64,000 nucleotides of DNA from an uncultured Acidimicrobiia bacterium (GCA_963752075.1 CAVVWO010000002.1:391886-455885); one strand, 5' to 3'. Positions 9,501 to 21,820 are shown, numbered from the stretch's first letter. The notes: a model not told the origin generated them from the sequence alone. Program-made: numbers and translations.

Positions 9501-12500
9501 CCGATCCCAAGCAGCCCGCCTTCACGTACGACATCGAGCTGGAGGTGGGAGGCGCCCGCAGCGCCGACATCGCACTCGAACTGGATGCCGCCCGACGGCT
9601 TCTACCTGCGCTCGCGACCTCGGGACCACGGGACCCATCCATCCCACCGACCCGGACCATCCGACCACGCTCGACGGAGTCCAGGTCGCCGACCCGGTCG
9701 AGGACCTCGCCAGACGGGACACTCAGCCGATGTTTGGCGACGTCACGCCCGGCACCCACACCCTGTCCATCGCCATGCGGGCCGGTATCGTGCTCGGCAC
9801 CCACACCGCAACGGCCACCGCCACCGCAACGACCACCCAGGAGGGACCACTGGAAGCCGGACCGGCCACCGCCTCGATCGTCGTCATCGAAGCGGGCGAG
9901 GACGGCGGGCCCGTGCCGACACTCGTCGATGGGGAACTGAACCTGTCGCACATCTCGAGCTCCGACGACATCGACCTCTACGAGTTCTTCGTGGACGACG
10001 GACTCGCGGGTGCCTCGGCGAAGATACTGCTGAGCAATCTGCCCTCCGACTACGACCTGGTTCTGTACGGGCCGCCGGTGGCCGCTCCGCTCCGGGGCAC
10101 CCCAGGACCCGGCTTCGGTCTCGTCGAGGATTTCGTATTCGACCTGAGCCCCGATGACGAGGTGCTCGACACCGACACTCTTCAGGACGTACCGCACGAT
10201 CCGGCCGCGTTCGGATTGACCGATGAGGTCCTGAACAGCATCTCGGGCAAACGAGGCACGACCAACGAGGAGATCTCCACCGGTACCCTTCGGGCGAGGG
10301 CCGATATGTGGTGCAGGTCTCGTCCTACAACGGGGCCACCAACGACCTTCCGTTCGGCCTGCGCATCAAGCTGAACCAATCGACGGAACGTCCCTGCACC
10401 GCGCTCCCCTTCACGCTCGGGACGCCAGGGACCCTACCCCCGGTGTTTCCGGCCGACGTCAACACGCTCTTCCTCTACAACCACGCTCGATTGGTGGCGC
10501 AATACCCGAATGACCACCAGCAGGTGCTCACAGAGCTGGGCCGCCTGGCCACCGCCGACTGGACCGACTTGGGCGTGATCGGTGCCGCCGTGCCCGTCGA
10601 CGGCGACGGCCACGTGTTGGCCGCCCTGGAGACGACTGGCCGACGATCGATGCAATCCTCAGGCATCGAACGACGTCGTTCGAGAAATCGGATCACTGAT
10701 CGACGACGATCCTCGCCGACCACCCGACCGTCGACAACATCGTCATCATCGGCGACGACAGCCCAGATTCCCATGGCCCGCATCCCCGACGGAACCGCCA
10801 TCTCCAACGAACGTGAACACGGATTGACCTTCAGCGGCAACAACGAACTGATCGGCTCCCTGCTGGGCGGCTACTACCTCTCCGACACCCCCTACGGAAC
10901 GTCGGCGGGTATCGCCGTCAACGACCACGAGTTCTTCGTCCCGGAGCTGGCGGTCGGCCGCCTCGTCGAACACCCGGACGAGATCGCTCTGGCGCTCAAC
11001 AATTTCGTGTTCTACGAAGGCCGCCTCGATCCGTCCACCGCGGCGGTCGCCTCCGGGTACGACTTCCTCTCCGACTCCGCCGAAGCAATCAAGGAGGCGC
11101 TCCAGAATGAAGGCTTCGCCATCGGCGACACTCCCGTGGCAGGATTCCTCAACAACGAGACCTGGGATCGTCAGAGCCTGATCGACCTCCTGGCCGACGG
11201 CCCAGCCGTGGCATCACTCAACGCCCACTTCGACGAGTCTCGCGCCCTGCCCGGCCCTCGGCAACTCGACCGGCGACGAATCCGACCTGTTCACGATCGC
11301 CGACCTCCCCACCGGGCTCACCAGAACCGTCGCCTTCAGTGTCGGGTGCCACGCCGGGTTGAGCGTCTCCGATGTTCAGATCGGCGCGCCCGCCATCGAC
11401 TGGGCCGAATCCTTCAGCGGGCTGGAACAAGCGATCTGGGCAGCCAACACGGGCTACGGCTACGGAGACACCCAACTGGTCGCCTTGTCAGAGGACCTGG
11501 CCACCGAGTTCGCCGGACGCCTCGGTGGGTTCCCGGTTGGGAAGGCATGGCAGCTGGCTATGCAGGCGTACGTGTCGGATCTCTTCACGTTGACGCCCTA
11601 CGACGAAAAGGTCCTCCAGGAGTTCACGCTCTACGGGCTCCCCATGTATGTCACCGGCCCGGCGACCGGCGCCGTGCCGGCGACGCCCCGGCCGCGGGGA
11701 CCGGCCCGGTCGTCTTCAACGACCCCTTCACGGGCTCTCACTTCGAGCCCCCTCGCCGTCGACCTCCAGCTGGGCGGAACCGCCCTCAGTGGCCCCGGTG
11801 TTCTGCACCTGGTCGAAACACCCGACGGCGACTATTACGAAGTCGACGGAGAGACACTGCAGGTCCGGTCCCGGCCCGTTCAACCCCTCACCGGCATCGA
11901 CGTCACACAACCGGACGGCGGTCGGGGGCCTGGAGAGCGGTGGCAGGAGGAGCGCTGATCACGGGACTCACAGGGCTCCAGGAGACCGACTTCGACCCGC
12001 TCACCTTCACCCCGGTCGTGGACATCGCAGACGCAACGGCCGGCGCCGCCACGGACGCCCATCGTCCAGAAGCGGCAGACGCCACTTTCCCGGCAGGTAT
12101 TCAACGCATCTCGACCTTCGAGGACGACTCAGGCCAGCTCCGACAACGCCTACTGCTGGTGCCGGGACGCTTCGTGGCCGACGGCCCGGGCGGATCGCCG
12201 ACCCAGGAACTGTTCACGGAGATCCGGTCGCTCGTCTACTACCGCGACCCGCCTCGACCGATGTCACCGCCCCCTCGCTCCGACGAGAGCATCGGCCGCT
12301 TCGGCGACGAGGTCGTGCATTTCGAGATCGACGTCACCGGCGAAGGGCCGGTCGGGAACGACGATGTCGAACGCGTCTATGTCCTGTTCCGGCCCGAGCG
12401 GCGCCGTCGGTCGTCACCACCTGGCAGGGAGTCGACCTGTCCAGAGTGCCCGGCACCAGCACCTGGCTCGGTGGCCGGCCGGTCGAGCCGTTCACAGGGA

Positions 12501-14500
12501 CCGAGTACGAGTTCTTCGTCCAGGCAGTCGACTCGAACGGGAACGTGGCGATGTCCGACGCCAAGGGCAGTCAATTTCCTCACCTCCGAACCGGTCGAGT
12601 CCGACTTCATCGTCATCACGGTGGAGGGCGACTACTCGGCCACCACCGGCTGGTACCGCACCGCCGGCGCCTCGGCCGTCACCCAGGCCGCGGGGCAAGT
12701 CCATCGTGAGCTACCGCCTCGACTTCGGACCGGACACCCCCTGGACCGGCGACCTGCTGCCCCATCCTGGGCGATGGTGGACACCTCCTCCAGGTCTTCG
12801 ACAGCGCCGGCAACCAAGGCGTCGCCTTCGTGGCGGTCGACGCCTCCGGGCCGATTGTCTACGGGAGTTTCGCCCCGCCCGCCACCGAGAGCGGATGGAA
12901 CGGCGGTGACGTGATGGTCACGCTGGAGGCGGTCGATCCTTTCGGTTCGGGGGTCGCAACGATTCTCTACAGCACCGATGGTTCAACACCGTCCCTCGAG
13001 TACACTCGGACCCTTCGGCGTGTCCGAGGAAGGGAGCACCACCGTTCGGTACTCCGCCATCGACGCGGTCGGGAATCAGGGCGAAGAGGGCGTACCGCTG
13101 GTGATACAGGTGGACCTGACCGCACCGGACGTGACGGCCATCGTTCCGTCCACCACTTCCGGGTGGTACAACGAGCCGATCCTGGTCACCCTGACGGCAA
13201 CGGATCCGGGCTCAGGGGTCCAATCGATCGAATACCGTCTCGATCCGGCCGCGCCGTGGACGAACTACGAGAACCCGTTCGAGGTGTCCACCGAAGGAGC
13301 GACCACCGTCTACTTCCGAGCACGAGATGCGGTCGGCAACACCGGGGACGGCCAGTTCGACGTCGGCACCCTCCAGGTTCAGCTCGACCTCACCGCCCCG
13401 ACCGTCACCATCACCAGTCCGAGCGACGGTGCCCAGTACCCGCTGGGTTCGACACCGCCAGACCCCGACTTCCTCTGCCAGGACGAAGCGGGCGGCTCGG
13501 GAATCGCCACCTGTGAACCAGCGGAACCCATCGATACCTCGACACTGGGATCGAGGACATTCGCAGTGACCGGCACCGACGTTGCCGGCAACACAACCAC
13601 CGAGACCGTCACGTACGAGGTCGCCGATACGAGCGCTCCAACGGTGAGCGGGACCGTCGCACCGGCGCCAAATGCGGCCGGATGGAACACCACCGCCGTC
13701 ACGGTGACGATCACCGCCGATGACGGAGCCGGCTCCGGCGTCGCCGTCATCGAGTATTCCCTCGACGGAGGCGCGTCGTGGATCACGTACGGCGCTCCCT
13801 TCGGTTGGGACACAGAGGGCGAGACGACCATCTCGTTCAGGGCTACCGACGAGGCGGGCAACGTGAGTTCAACCGGTTCGATCATCGTGAAGATCGACAC
13901 CGTGGCTCCCTCCGTCCAGTCTGCCCAGCAGGGCGCCTTCTACGTCATCGGACAAGCGGCCACCGTCGACTTCGACTGCGCGGATGACGGCTCCGGCATC
14001 GACACCTGCACAGGGGGGTTGCCCGACGGCAGCATGCTGGCAACGTCGAGCGTCGGGACCTTCTCGTTCGACGTCACGGCAGTCGATCGAGCGGGCAACA
14101 CTGACGTGACGACGGTGACGTACACAGTCGGCTACGGGATCTGCCTCTTCTACGACCCGCTCAAAGAGCAGCCGGCCACCGGCACCGTGGTCATCAAGCT
14201 GGAACTGTGCAACGCGGACAGGAACCCGCGTGACCGGGCCGGCCCGCACCCTGATCGCCACGCAGATCGACTCGGACATCGTTCCGTCGCCAAACGACAC
14301 GGGCTCATCCAACGACGGAATGGAGTTCCGTTACGACTCCAAGGCGCAAGAAGTACACGTACAACCTCAACGTGGACGAGCTGACCAATCCCGACGGGTC
14401 ACCGGTCGCCCTGCCGCCCGGATTCCACACGATGGGCTTCACGATCGACGGGGTCGCTTCGGACACCTATGTGGCCGGTTTCACTGCGAGGTGGCGCTAC
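6549..14500 (+). CDS. giant secreted multidomain surface protein of about 2,650 aa: signal peptide, right-handed parallel beta-helix, Ig-like (OmpL47/BIG-type) domains, (IPLAS)n repeat arrays with DVVDCSLxDC motifs, a PPC domain, a clan CD cysteine peptidase domain and at least four more Ig-like domains; many frame disruptions; the 3' end is uncertain between 14440 and 14560
   Basis: Signal peptide MALGGFAHTRAVTFMTAFLVMVSVLNIVPIQAGARA. Beta-helix repeats GIRVEAGAELSLIEVEVLDNFADQGGGLSNAGTTTIMRSLLAGNDARGKGGGIESSGVLTVTNTTFTDNEGKGGGG. NTAGWNNTPVTVTS..., GWYNEPILVTLTATDPGSGVQSIEYRLD and AGWNTTAVTVTITADDGAGSGVAVIEYSLDGGASW are Ig-like domains. DIDLYEFFVDDGLAGASAKILLSNLPSDYDLVLYGP is PPC. LNAHFDESRALPG...SDLFTIADLPTGLTRTVAFSVGCHAGLSV is a His/Cys dyad. 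The clean 468-aa ORF 12978-14384 lies inside it. Confidence 0.55.
8290..9290 (+). repeat. arrays of a 15-bp tandem repeat (consensus ccgctcgcctcgatc and variants) encoding the pentapeptide unit I-P-L-A-S; four to five arrays of 3-7 units separated by unique Cys-containing spacers
   Basis: Direct reading gives ccgctcgcctcgatcccgctggccagtcc..., ggcgtcgatcccgctcgcctccataccgctggcctccatccctctggcctcgatccccctcgcctccattcccctggccagc. Translations give PLASIPLASIPLASIPLASIPLASIPLASIT and similar. Confidence 0.8.
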
Positions 14501-14521
14501 CGGCACATCGACAACCGGGCG

Positions 14522-16828
14522 TCACGGGACCATCGGCCTGGTGCACACCTCGGCCGGCGCATCGCCATGGCCATGACCTTCGAGTTCTTCGAGCGTCACG
14601 AGAACTTCGCGAGCCTTGGAGCCCTGAGAGGGACCGACCACGCCTCGGTTCTCGAGTCCGTCCATGATCCGTCCGGCCCGGGCGAACCCGACCCGGAGCT
14701 TCCGCTGCAGCATCGATGTCGATCCGAGCCCGGAACGAACGACGAGGTCGGCCGCCTGCCGGATGAGCTCGGCATCTTCGTCGTCCTCTTCGGCGGCAGC
14801 GGCCTCCTGCGCCTTCTGCACCGTGGCGGCGATCACCTTGTCCTGGTACTTCGCCTCACGCTGCTTCTTCACGAAGTCGACAACGGCGTGGATCTCCTTC
14901 TCGGACACCCACGCTCCCTGAATCCGTCTGCGGCTTCGGATCCTTGGCGGTGACCAGCAGCATGTCGCCCATGCCCACCAGCTTCTCGGCGCCGATCGAG
15001 TCGATGATGACCCGGCTGTCGGTCTGCGACGCCACCGAGAAGGCCATCCGGGATGGCACGTTCGCCTTGATCACGCCGGTGATCACGTTCACCGACGGAC
15101 GCTGGGTGGCCACCACGAGGTGGATGCCCACGGCTCTGGCCATCTGGGCGATGCGCACGATCGAGTCCTCGACTTCGCGACCGGCCACCATCATCAGGTC
15201 GTTGAGCTCGTCGATGATCACGACCAGGTACGGGAACCGGTCGAAGCCGTCCGGGTCGAGGTCGCCCGGCATCGTGCTTCTCGCGATACCCGCCGATGTC
15301 GCGCACCCCGGCATCCGCCAGGAGGTCGTAGCGGCGGTCCATCTCCTCGACCGCCCATTTGAGTGCCTCGGACGCCTTCTTCGGATTCGTGATGACCCGC
15401 ATGAGGAGATGGGGAACCCCGTTGTACTGGCCGAGCTCGACCCGTTTGGGGTCGACCATGATGAGCCGGACGTCGTCGGGAGTGGTCCGCATGAGGATCG
15501 AGGTGACGAGGCTGTTGATGCACGACGACTTGCCGGCCCCGGTGGCGCCTGCGATCAGCACGTGCGGCAGCTCTCCCAGGTTGACGCAGCGTCGGCTCTC
15601 CCGTGGATGTCCATGCCGACGCCCACGGTGAGCGGATGGGTCTGCCTTGGCCGCCTCGTCACTGGCGAGGATGTCGCCGAGGGTGACCATGCGGCGCTTG
15701 CGATTGGGCACCTCGACACCGATGGCGCTCTTGCCCGGGATCGGAGCGAGCAGACGCACGTCGGGGGTGGCGAGGGCGTAGGCGATGTCGTGGGCCAGGT
15801 TGGTGACCCGCGAGACCTTCACGCCGGGGGCCAGTTCGATCTCGTAGCGAGTGACGGTCGGACCAGGGACGATCTTCGTGAGCCGGGCGTCGACACCGTG
15901 CTGTTGGAGGGCCTCTTCGAGGTCCCGGGCAGTCGCCTCCAGGGCGCGCGATCCTGGCTCTCTCCGCCACCGAGACCGAGCAGATCGAGCGGCGGCAGCG
16001 TGTAGGTGCCGTTCGGCCCTGCGGCCGGCTTCGACGGCGGCTTCTTCTTGGCCGGCTCTGGCCGGGTCTTGGCCAGGGCCACGGACTTCGGCCTTGGGCT
16101 TCTGCTGAGTCGGGCGCTTTGAGCGTCGGTTTACGGCGAGGCACCGGACGCTGGTGGATCGCCGGCTGATGCACCGGGCGTGGGGTTCTGACCGATTGGG
16201 CCCACCCTGATCGCGCCGGCCGATCTCACCGAACGCCAGGAAGAGCTCCCGGACGGTCACCTGGGCGACGATGAGCACGCCCATCGACGTCGCGGCAGCG
16301 AGGATCACGAAGGCCCCCCAGAAACCGACGACCCGGGTGAGCGGGAAGGCGATCAGCGAGCCGATGGCTCCGCCGCGCTGACGGACGAGTTCGATATTGC
16401 CGTCCAAGCTGACGGCTCCGGTGAGCAGGTGGAACAGCGCCATCGTGCCGAAGAACAGCAGGGAGAGCCCGAACGGTCAATCGGCCGTAATCCGTGCGAG
16501 GCTTGCCGACGATGAGGGCCACTCCCGACTCCGACCAACGCGACGGGAACGAGGTAGCCCCAGAGACCGAGGAGGAAGCCGAGAGCCGAGACGAGGCCAC
16601 GGCCGAATGGTCCGGCCTTGTCCGAAGAAGGCGAGGGCGATGAGGACCGCCAGCACGATCAGTACGACACCCCACACGTCGTCGGCTTGGTTACCGAGAC
16701 GGTGGCGGATCCAGGCACGCACCGTTGCCAGCGTGGAAGGTGTGGCCTGCTTTCTTCTTGGTTGTCTTCTTCGAGGACACCCGCTTCCGACCGTTTGCCC
16801 CTCGGCGGGTGGGTGTCCGAGATGCCAT
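14522..16828 (-). CDS. ftsK: DNA translocase FtsK/SpoIIIE; several frame disruptions
   Basis: N-terminus [30 protein letters not shown] then [19 protein letters not shown]. Motor domain [22 protein letters not shown] (Walker A), ...[85 protein letters not shown]-terminal gamma domain [58 protein letters not shown]. Confidence 0.8.
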
Positions 16829-16920
16829 ATGTGATCACCTTACACGACCGTGCGAGACCAACCAATCACTCCGCGCGATGTTTCGCGCGCTCCGCGCGAA
16901 GCCACTCCGGAGCGGGGCGA

Positions 16921-18569
16921 TCAGACCTCGAGGACCACCGGGATGACCACCGGCTTGCGCGAGGTCTCCGCCCGAATGATGCGCTGGGTGGCTTGCCGGA
17001 CGGCCTTCTGCAGTTGCCCCATTTCCGGCTCTGGTGCTCGGATCGATCGACTCGAGGGCAGAACCGGACCGCATCGGCGGCCTTGCGATGCACGGCATCG
17101 GGGTCGTCGGCGAATCCGTGACTGTCGACGTCGGGGCCGAGGATCACCTTGCAGGTAGCTCAACTCCACGCCGACCGTGACCACGACCACTCCATCGTCG
17201 GCGAGGTGACCCCGGGCGCGCAGCACGGAGGACTTGACGTCGTCCACGCCTGAGCCGTCGAAGTAGACGTACGAGGCGTCGACCGCCCGATGGATGACCC
17301 TGGGTCTCGTCGCCGTCGAGTTCGATCGGCGTCACCGTCCTCGCAGGATGTGGACCTCGGGGATCCCCATCTGGTCCGCCAGGTCGGCGTGGGCGCGCAG
17401 GTGGCGATACTCGCCGTGGACCGGCACGAACGCCTCGGGTCGGATCACGTTCATGAACGTCTTCAGCTCGTCCTGGGCGGCGTGGCCCGAAACGTGCACA
17501 TCGGCGTTCCGTGCCGTGATACACCCGGGCTCCCGGTTCGGTTGAGTTTGCTGATCACCCGGCTCACCGACTTCTCGTTGCCCGGGATGGGGGTGGCGGA
17601 GATGAGGATCGTGTCTTCGGGATCGATGTCCACCCATTTGTGACGCTTGGCGGCCATCAGCGACAGCGCCGCGAACGGTTCGCCTTGGCTGCCCGTCGTG
17701 ATGAGCAGCTGCTGCTCGGGCGGAAGTTTCATGAGATCGGTCACGTCCATGATGGCCGAGGCGGGGATGTCGAGAACCCCGAGATCGGCGTCCGATGGTG
17801 GTCACCCGGTGCATCGACCGTCCCAGAAAGGCGATCTTCCGCCCTTCGGCCAGGCCGGCGTCGGCGATCTGCTGCACTCGATGCACGTGCGAGGCGAAGC
17901 AGGCGGCCACCACTCTTCCTCTCGGCCCGGCTGATGATCTGGCGAATATCGCGAGCCGAGCGACAACTCCGACGGGACGAATCCAGGGCGCTCGGCGTTG
18001 GTGCTGTCAGAGAGCAGCAACCGAACGCCGCGCCGTCCGAACCAGGCGAACTGGGGAAGGTCGGTCGGGCGGCCGTCGACCGGGGTGGGATCGAGTTTGA
18101 AGTCTCCCGAGTGAACGACGAAGCCCTCTGGGGTATCGAAGGCGACGCCGGCGCCTTGGGGTATCGAGTGCGAAACCGGGACGAACATGAACTTGAAGGG
18201 CCCGTGCTGCACCCAGGTGTTGTCGGCACAGCCGCTGAATTCGGCGTCGACACCCAACTCGTCCACCCGTCCTCGCGCCAGAGCCACGGAGAGGTCGGTC
18301 CCGTAGACCGGAACGTTGAAGTCCTTCAGGAAGTAGGCCAGGGCACCGACGTGATCCTCGTGGCCGTGGGTGACGATGACGCATTCGAGGTCATCGCGCC
18401 GGTCCTGGAGCCAGTCCCAGTTGGGGAAGACGAGATCAACGCCCAACATGTCCTCTTCAGGGAACATGAGACCGCAGTCCACGAGCGCGATCTTCCCGTC
18501 CTGTTCGATCGCCGCGCAGTTCCGGCCGATCTCACCGAGGCCACCTAGGAACGTTATCCGAACACTCAT
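16921..18569 (-). CDS. rnj: ribonuclease J (metallo-beta-lactamase / beta-CASP); frame disruptions
   Basis: MSVRITFLGGLGEIGRNCAAIEQDGKIALVDCG...VIVTHGHEDHVGALAYF...VHVSGHAAQDELKTFMNVIRPEAFVPVHGEYRHLRAHADLA...VVIPVVLEV. Confidence 0.8.
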
Positions 18570-18599
18570 CTCGACACCTTCTCTGGTTTTGGTCGCCCG

Positions 18600-19484
18600 C
18601 TAGAGGGCTTGGGCTTTGCCGACGGCGGCAACGAGGGAGGAGATGGTGTCGTCGGCTGCTGGGAGGAGCGGGAGCCGGGGCGGACCCATCGGCTCCCATG
18701 TCTGGTTCATGGCGCCCTTCAGGGGCATGGGGTTCGGCTCGAGGAAGCAACCGTCGAATACCGGCAGCAGACCGGTGTGGAGACGTCGGGCCTCGGCCAG
18801 GTCACCGGCCGCGGCAGCCGTCACCATCTTCTTGATCTGCGGGCCGACCAGGTGCGAGGCGACCGACACGACACCCACCGCACCCACGGACATCATCGGT
18901 AGCGTCATCGAATCCGAGCCGGAGTAGATGGCAAAATCCTCGGGAAGGGCCGCTCTGCTGCGCATCGAGAACGTCATGTCGTCGACCGCGTCTTTCTCGG
19001 CCACGATGCGGGGGTGACGCGCCAGTTCGACCAAGGTGGGTATCTCGATGAGCCGGCTGGTCCGACCGGGGATGTTGTACATCATCAGGGGCAGATCGGT
19101 GCTGTCGGCAATGGCCGTGAAATGGGCCACCAGGCCCTTCTGGGACGGCTTCGAGTAGTAGGGAGTGACCGCCATCAGGCCGTCGCATCCTGCCTCGGCG
19201 GCGGCTTGGCTGAGTTCGATCGACTCGGCGGTGTTGTAGGTACCGGTGCCGGCGATGACCGTGGCCTTGCCCCCTACGGCGGCCACCACGGCTCGATAGA
19301 GCGGCCATCTTCTCCAGATGCGACTGAGGGTGGGCGACTCACCGGTCGTCCCGGTGACGACGAGACCGTCGGACCCATTGGCGACCAAGAACTTGGCCAA
19401 CCGATCGACCTGCTCGTAGTCGACTTCACCGGACTCGGTGAAGGGGGTGATCATGGCGGTGAGTACTTCACCGAACGGCGCCAT
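18600..19484 (-). CDS. dapA: 4-hydroxy-tetrahydrodipicolinate synthase
   Basis: A GGAGGAG RBS lies 8 nt before the ATG. MAPFGEVLTAMITPFTESGEVDYEQVDRLAKFLVANGSDGLVVTGTTGESPTLS...MMYNIPGRTSRLIE... Confidence 0.8.
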   Translation of the reverse strand: MAPFGEVLTAMITPFTESGEVDYEQVDRLAKFLVANGSDGLVVTGTTGESPTLSRIWRRWPLYRAVVAAVGGKATVIAGTGTYNTAESIELSQAAAEAGCDGLMAVTPYYSKPSQKGLVAHFTAIADSTDLPLMMYNIPGRTSRLIEIPTLVELARHPRIVAEKDAVDDMTFSMRSRAALPEDFAIYSGSDSMTLPMMSVGAVGVVSVASHLVGPQIKKMVTAAAAGDLAEARRLHTGLLPVFDGCFLEPNPMPLKGAMNQTWEPMGPPRLPLLPAADDTISSLVAAVGKAQAL

Positions 19485-19499
19485 AGCGGCAGCTCCTCC

Positions 19500-20172
19500 A
19501 TTGGGCTCTCTCGATCGCCAGGATAGTGCTCGCGTTTCTCGACCCTGTGCATCCAAGGCCACTGCGGCGCGGGTCAGCTCCATCCGGTGACCGGCGAGGA
19601 TCGCCTTCACTTCTGCGTCGCTGGTTTGGCGGAAGTCGTCGTAGAAGTCACCCACCGCCATGAAGTCCATGGGCGTCTCGACGGCGATCACCCGTTCCAC
19701 CGACTCCGGCTCGAGGACCGCCACGGTGCGAGGCGACGCGACGGGCACTGCCACCACAACCTGGCGGGTTCCGGAGTCTTCGACCGCCTCGATGGCTGCT
19801 CGCATGGTGGCACCGGTCGCCAGACCGTCGTCCACGAGCACCGCGGTCCGTCCGGCCAGTTCCGGACGGTCGACCCCGCCTACGTAGGCATCGACTCGTC
19901 GTTCCATTTCGACGCGCTCGCGCCGTTCGACCGCCTGCCATGTCGGCCTCGCTGAGCGCGTACATGGCGACTACTTGGTTGTTGAGAACTCGGGCGCCGT
20001 GCTCGGCGATGGCCCCGAAGGCCAGCTCCGGGTGGCTCGGCACACCGAGTTTTCGCACCGCCACGATGTCGAGCGGAGCACCGAGCGCATCGGCGACCTG
20101 GGCGGCCACCGGAACCCCGCCGCGCGGCAGGCCGAACACTACTGGGTCGGGCAGCGCCAGATCGGCGACCAT
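19500..20172 (-). CDS. phosphoribosyltransferase-domain protein (type I PRTase fold); one frameshift; no stop codon before dapA in the current frame
   Basis: [63 protein letters not shown]... then [41 protein letters not shown]...AVGDFYDDF (PRPP-binding-loop-like [10 protein letters not shown]). Confidence 0.5.
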
Positions 20173-20318
20173 CCGGCACCGAGTCGCCGACCTGCGTCTA
20201 CCCGATCTCGAAAGACCATGACACCATCATGGTCGTCTTCGCCGAAGCCACGGGCAGGGAAACAAGCCTCGAATCTGGACCATACTTGGGTGGGTAGTCT
20301 CTCTCAGATCAATCAACC

Positions 20319-21164
20319 ATGAGGTTTCCTGTGAACGCGCTACGTCAAAGAAGTCGGAGAGGCGGATTTCCAAACCGCCGTACTCGAACGATCGACCCAA
20401 GTACCTGTCGTGGTCGATTTCTGGGCCGAATGGTGCCAGCCCTGCAAGCAGCTCGGACCACTACTCGAACGAACCGCCGCCGAGTTCGAGGGAGCCTTCG
20501 AGCTCGTCAAGATCGACGTCGACGCCAACCAGACGCTGTCGGGCCAGCTGGGCATTCAGAGCATTCCCACGGTGATCGCCTTCGTCGACGGCCGGCCGGT
20601 CAACCAGTTCCAAGGTGCGATCCCCGATGCCCAGCTACGGGAGTGGCTCGGCTCGTTCGTCACGCCGCCCACCGACCCGGAGGTGGCGCAGGCGATCGCC
20701 CTGCTCGATCAGGGCGATGAAGCGGGAGCCGAAGCGAAGCTCGCGATCGATCCTCGGCGAGCGAGCCGAGCCTGAGGCCGCCCTCACCCTCGCCCTCCTC
20801 TACATCGACCAGAACCGGCTCTCCGATGCACTCGACGTGCTGGGCACTCTTCCCTCGTCGGAAGACGTCGATCGGCTCGATTGCCATCGCCGAGATGGGC
20901 CAGGCCGCAGCCGGAGCGAGCGAACTCGAAGCCCAGCTGGCAGCAGATCCCGACAATACGGCTCTCCGGATTCAACTCGCCCGGGCCATCGCCGGTCAGG
21001 GCCGATACGAGGACGCCCTCGATATGCTGATCGAGATCGTGGCTGCCAAGACCGACGAGAGCGACGACGCTCGCTCGGGGATGATCGAGATCTTCGGGGT
21101 GCTCGGCCCAGACCAACCGATCACCCAGACCTACCGGCGTCGCCTCGCCAACGCGTTGTTCTAG
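20319..21164 (+). CDS. thioredoxin-domain protein with a C-terminal TPR-like domain (YbbN/CnoX-like co-chaperone); frame disruptions
   Basis: VKEVGEADFQTAVLERSTQVPVVVDFWAEWCQPCKQLGPLLERTAAEF...LVKIDVDAN...GIQSIPTVIAF; the C-terminus LEAQLAADPDNTALRIQLARAIAGQGRYEDALDMLIEIVA...GMIEIFGVLGPDQPITQTYRRRLANALF resembles the YbbN tail. Confidence 0.6.
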
Positions 21165-21194
21165 TTGGGAGCCGGCGCCACGCCGGCAGGTCGG

Positions 21195-21814
21195 CTATCC
21201 CGGCGCCACGGGTTGTCGAATGATGGTCTTCAACCTCGCCGGTTCAGACTTGCGTGGGTCGCCCAGATAGATCTCGTGGTGCTTGCCTACGAGCCGCAGC
21301 CCTTCCGATCGAATGAACTCGTGGAGTACATCGATGGTCGGCCCCTCATCGGCGTACGGCCCGACGTGCATGCACCTGTGCCGAAAGCCCCTCGCCGAAG
21401 ACCTCAAATCTGACTCGCTCTCCAGCAGCGGGCCTCTTGTTGGCGATCACCTGCGGAAACACAACGGCGGCCATCTCGGCAGTGGCGACCTCGGGCAGAC
21501 GAATCATCATCGTCCACTTCCACGCACCCTTTTCCTCGACCGAGAAGGTTCGCATGTCGTCGACCCACCACAAGGCCTCGAGGGGCATCACCGTATACGC
21601 TTCGCCCGTCTCCGCTTTGATGGCCTTTCTCAGGCCGTAGGCCATTGGATACAGCGCCTCCACCGCATCCCGGTACTCCCCCGCCGAGTTCGGGATCACC
21701 TTCTCCGTCGATCATCAGATAGGGACTGGTCGACACATCCACCAGGGAGGGCTGCCCGGAGCCGGCGTCATAGAGATGGCGATGAGTCTTCTTGAGGTCG
21801 ATCGTGGCCACCAT
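21195..21814 (-). CDS. GyrI-like small-molecule-binding domain protein; two frame disruptions
   Basis: MVATIDLKKTHRHLYDAGSGQPSLVDV...YLMIDGEGDP.SAGEYRDAVEALYPMAYGLRKAIK...RVRFEVFGEGL.MHVGPYADEGPTIDVLHEFIRSEGLRLVGKHHEIYLGDPRKSEPARLKTIIRQPV. An RBS GAGGGGG precedes the start. Confidence 0.55.
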
Positions 21815-21820
21815 GCCCCC

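Noticed and set aside
10308-12914. 868-aa ORF taken as a clean gene model
   Set aside because: It is not rejected as coding, but it cannot be used as is. It is in phase with the real protein only for its first 120 aa or so, and then drifts through wrong-frame Arg/Pro-rich sequence. The true reading hops among three frames.
14944-16005. 353-aa plus-strand ORF
   Set aside because: It is antisense to the FtsK motor domain, whose Walker A motif and gamma domain are unambiguous on the minus strand. It has no motifs of its own.
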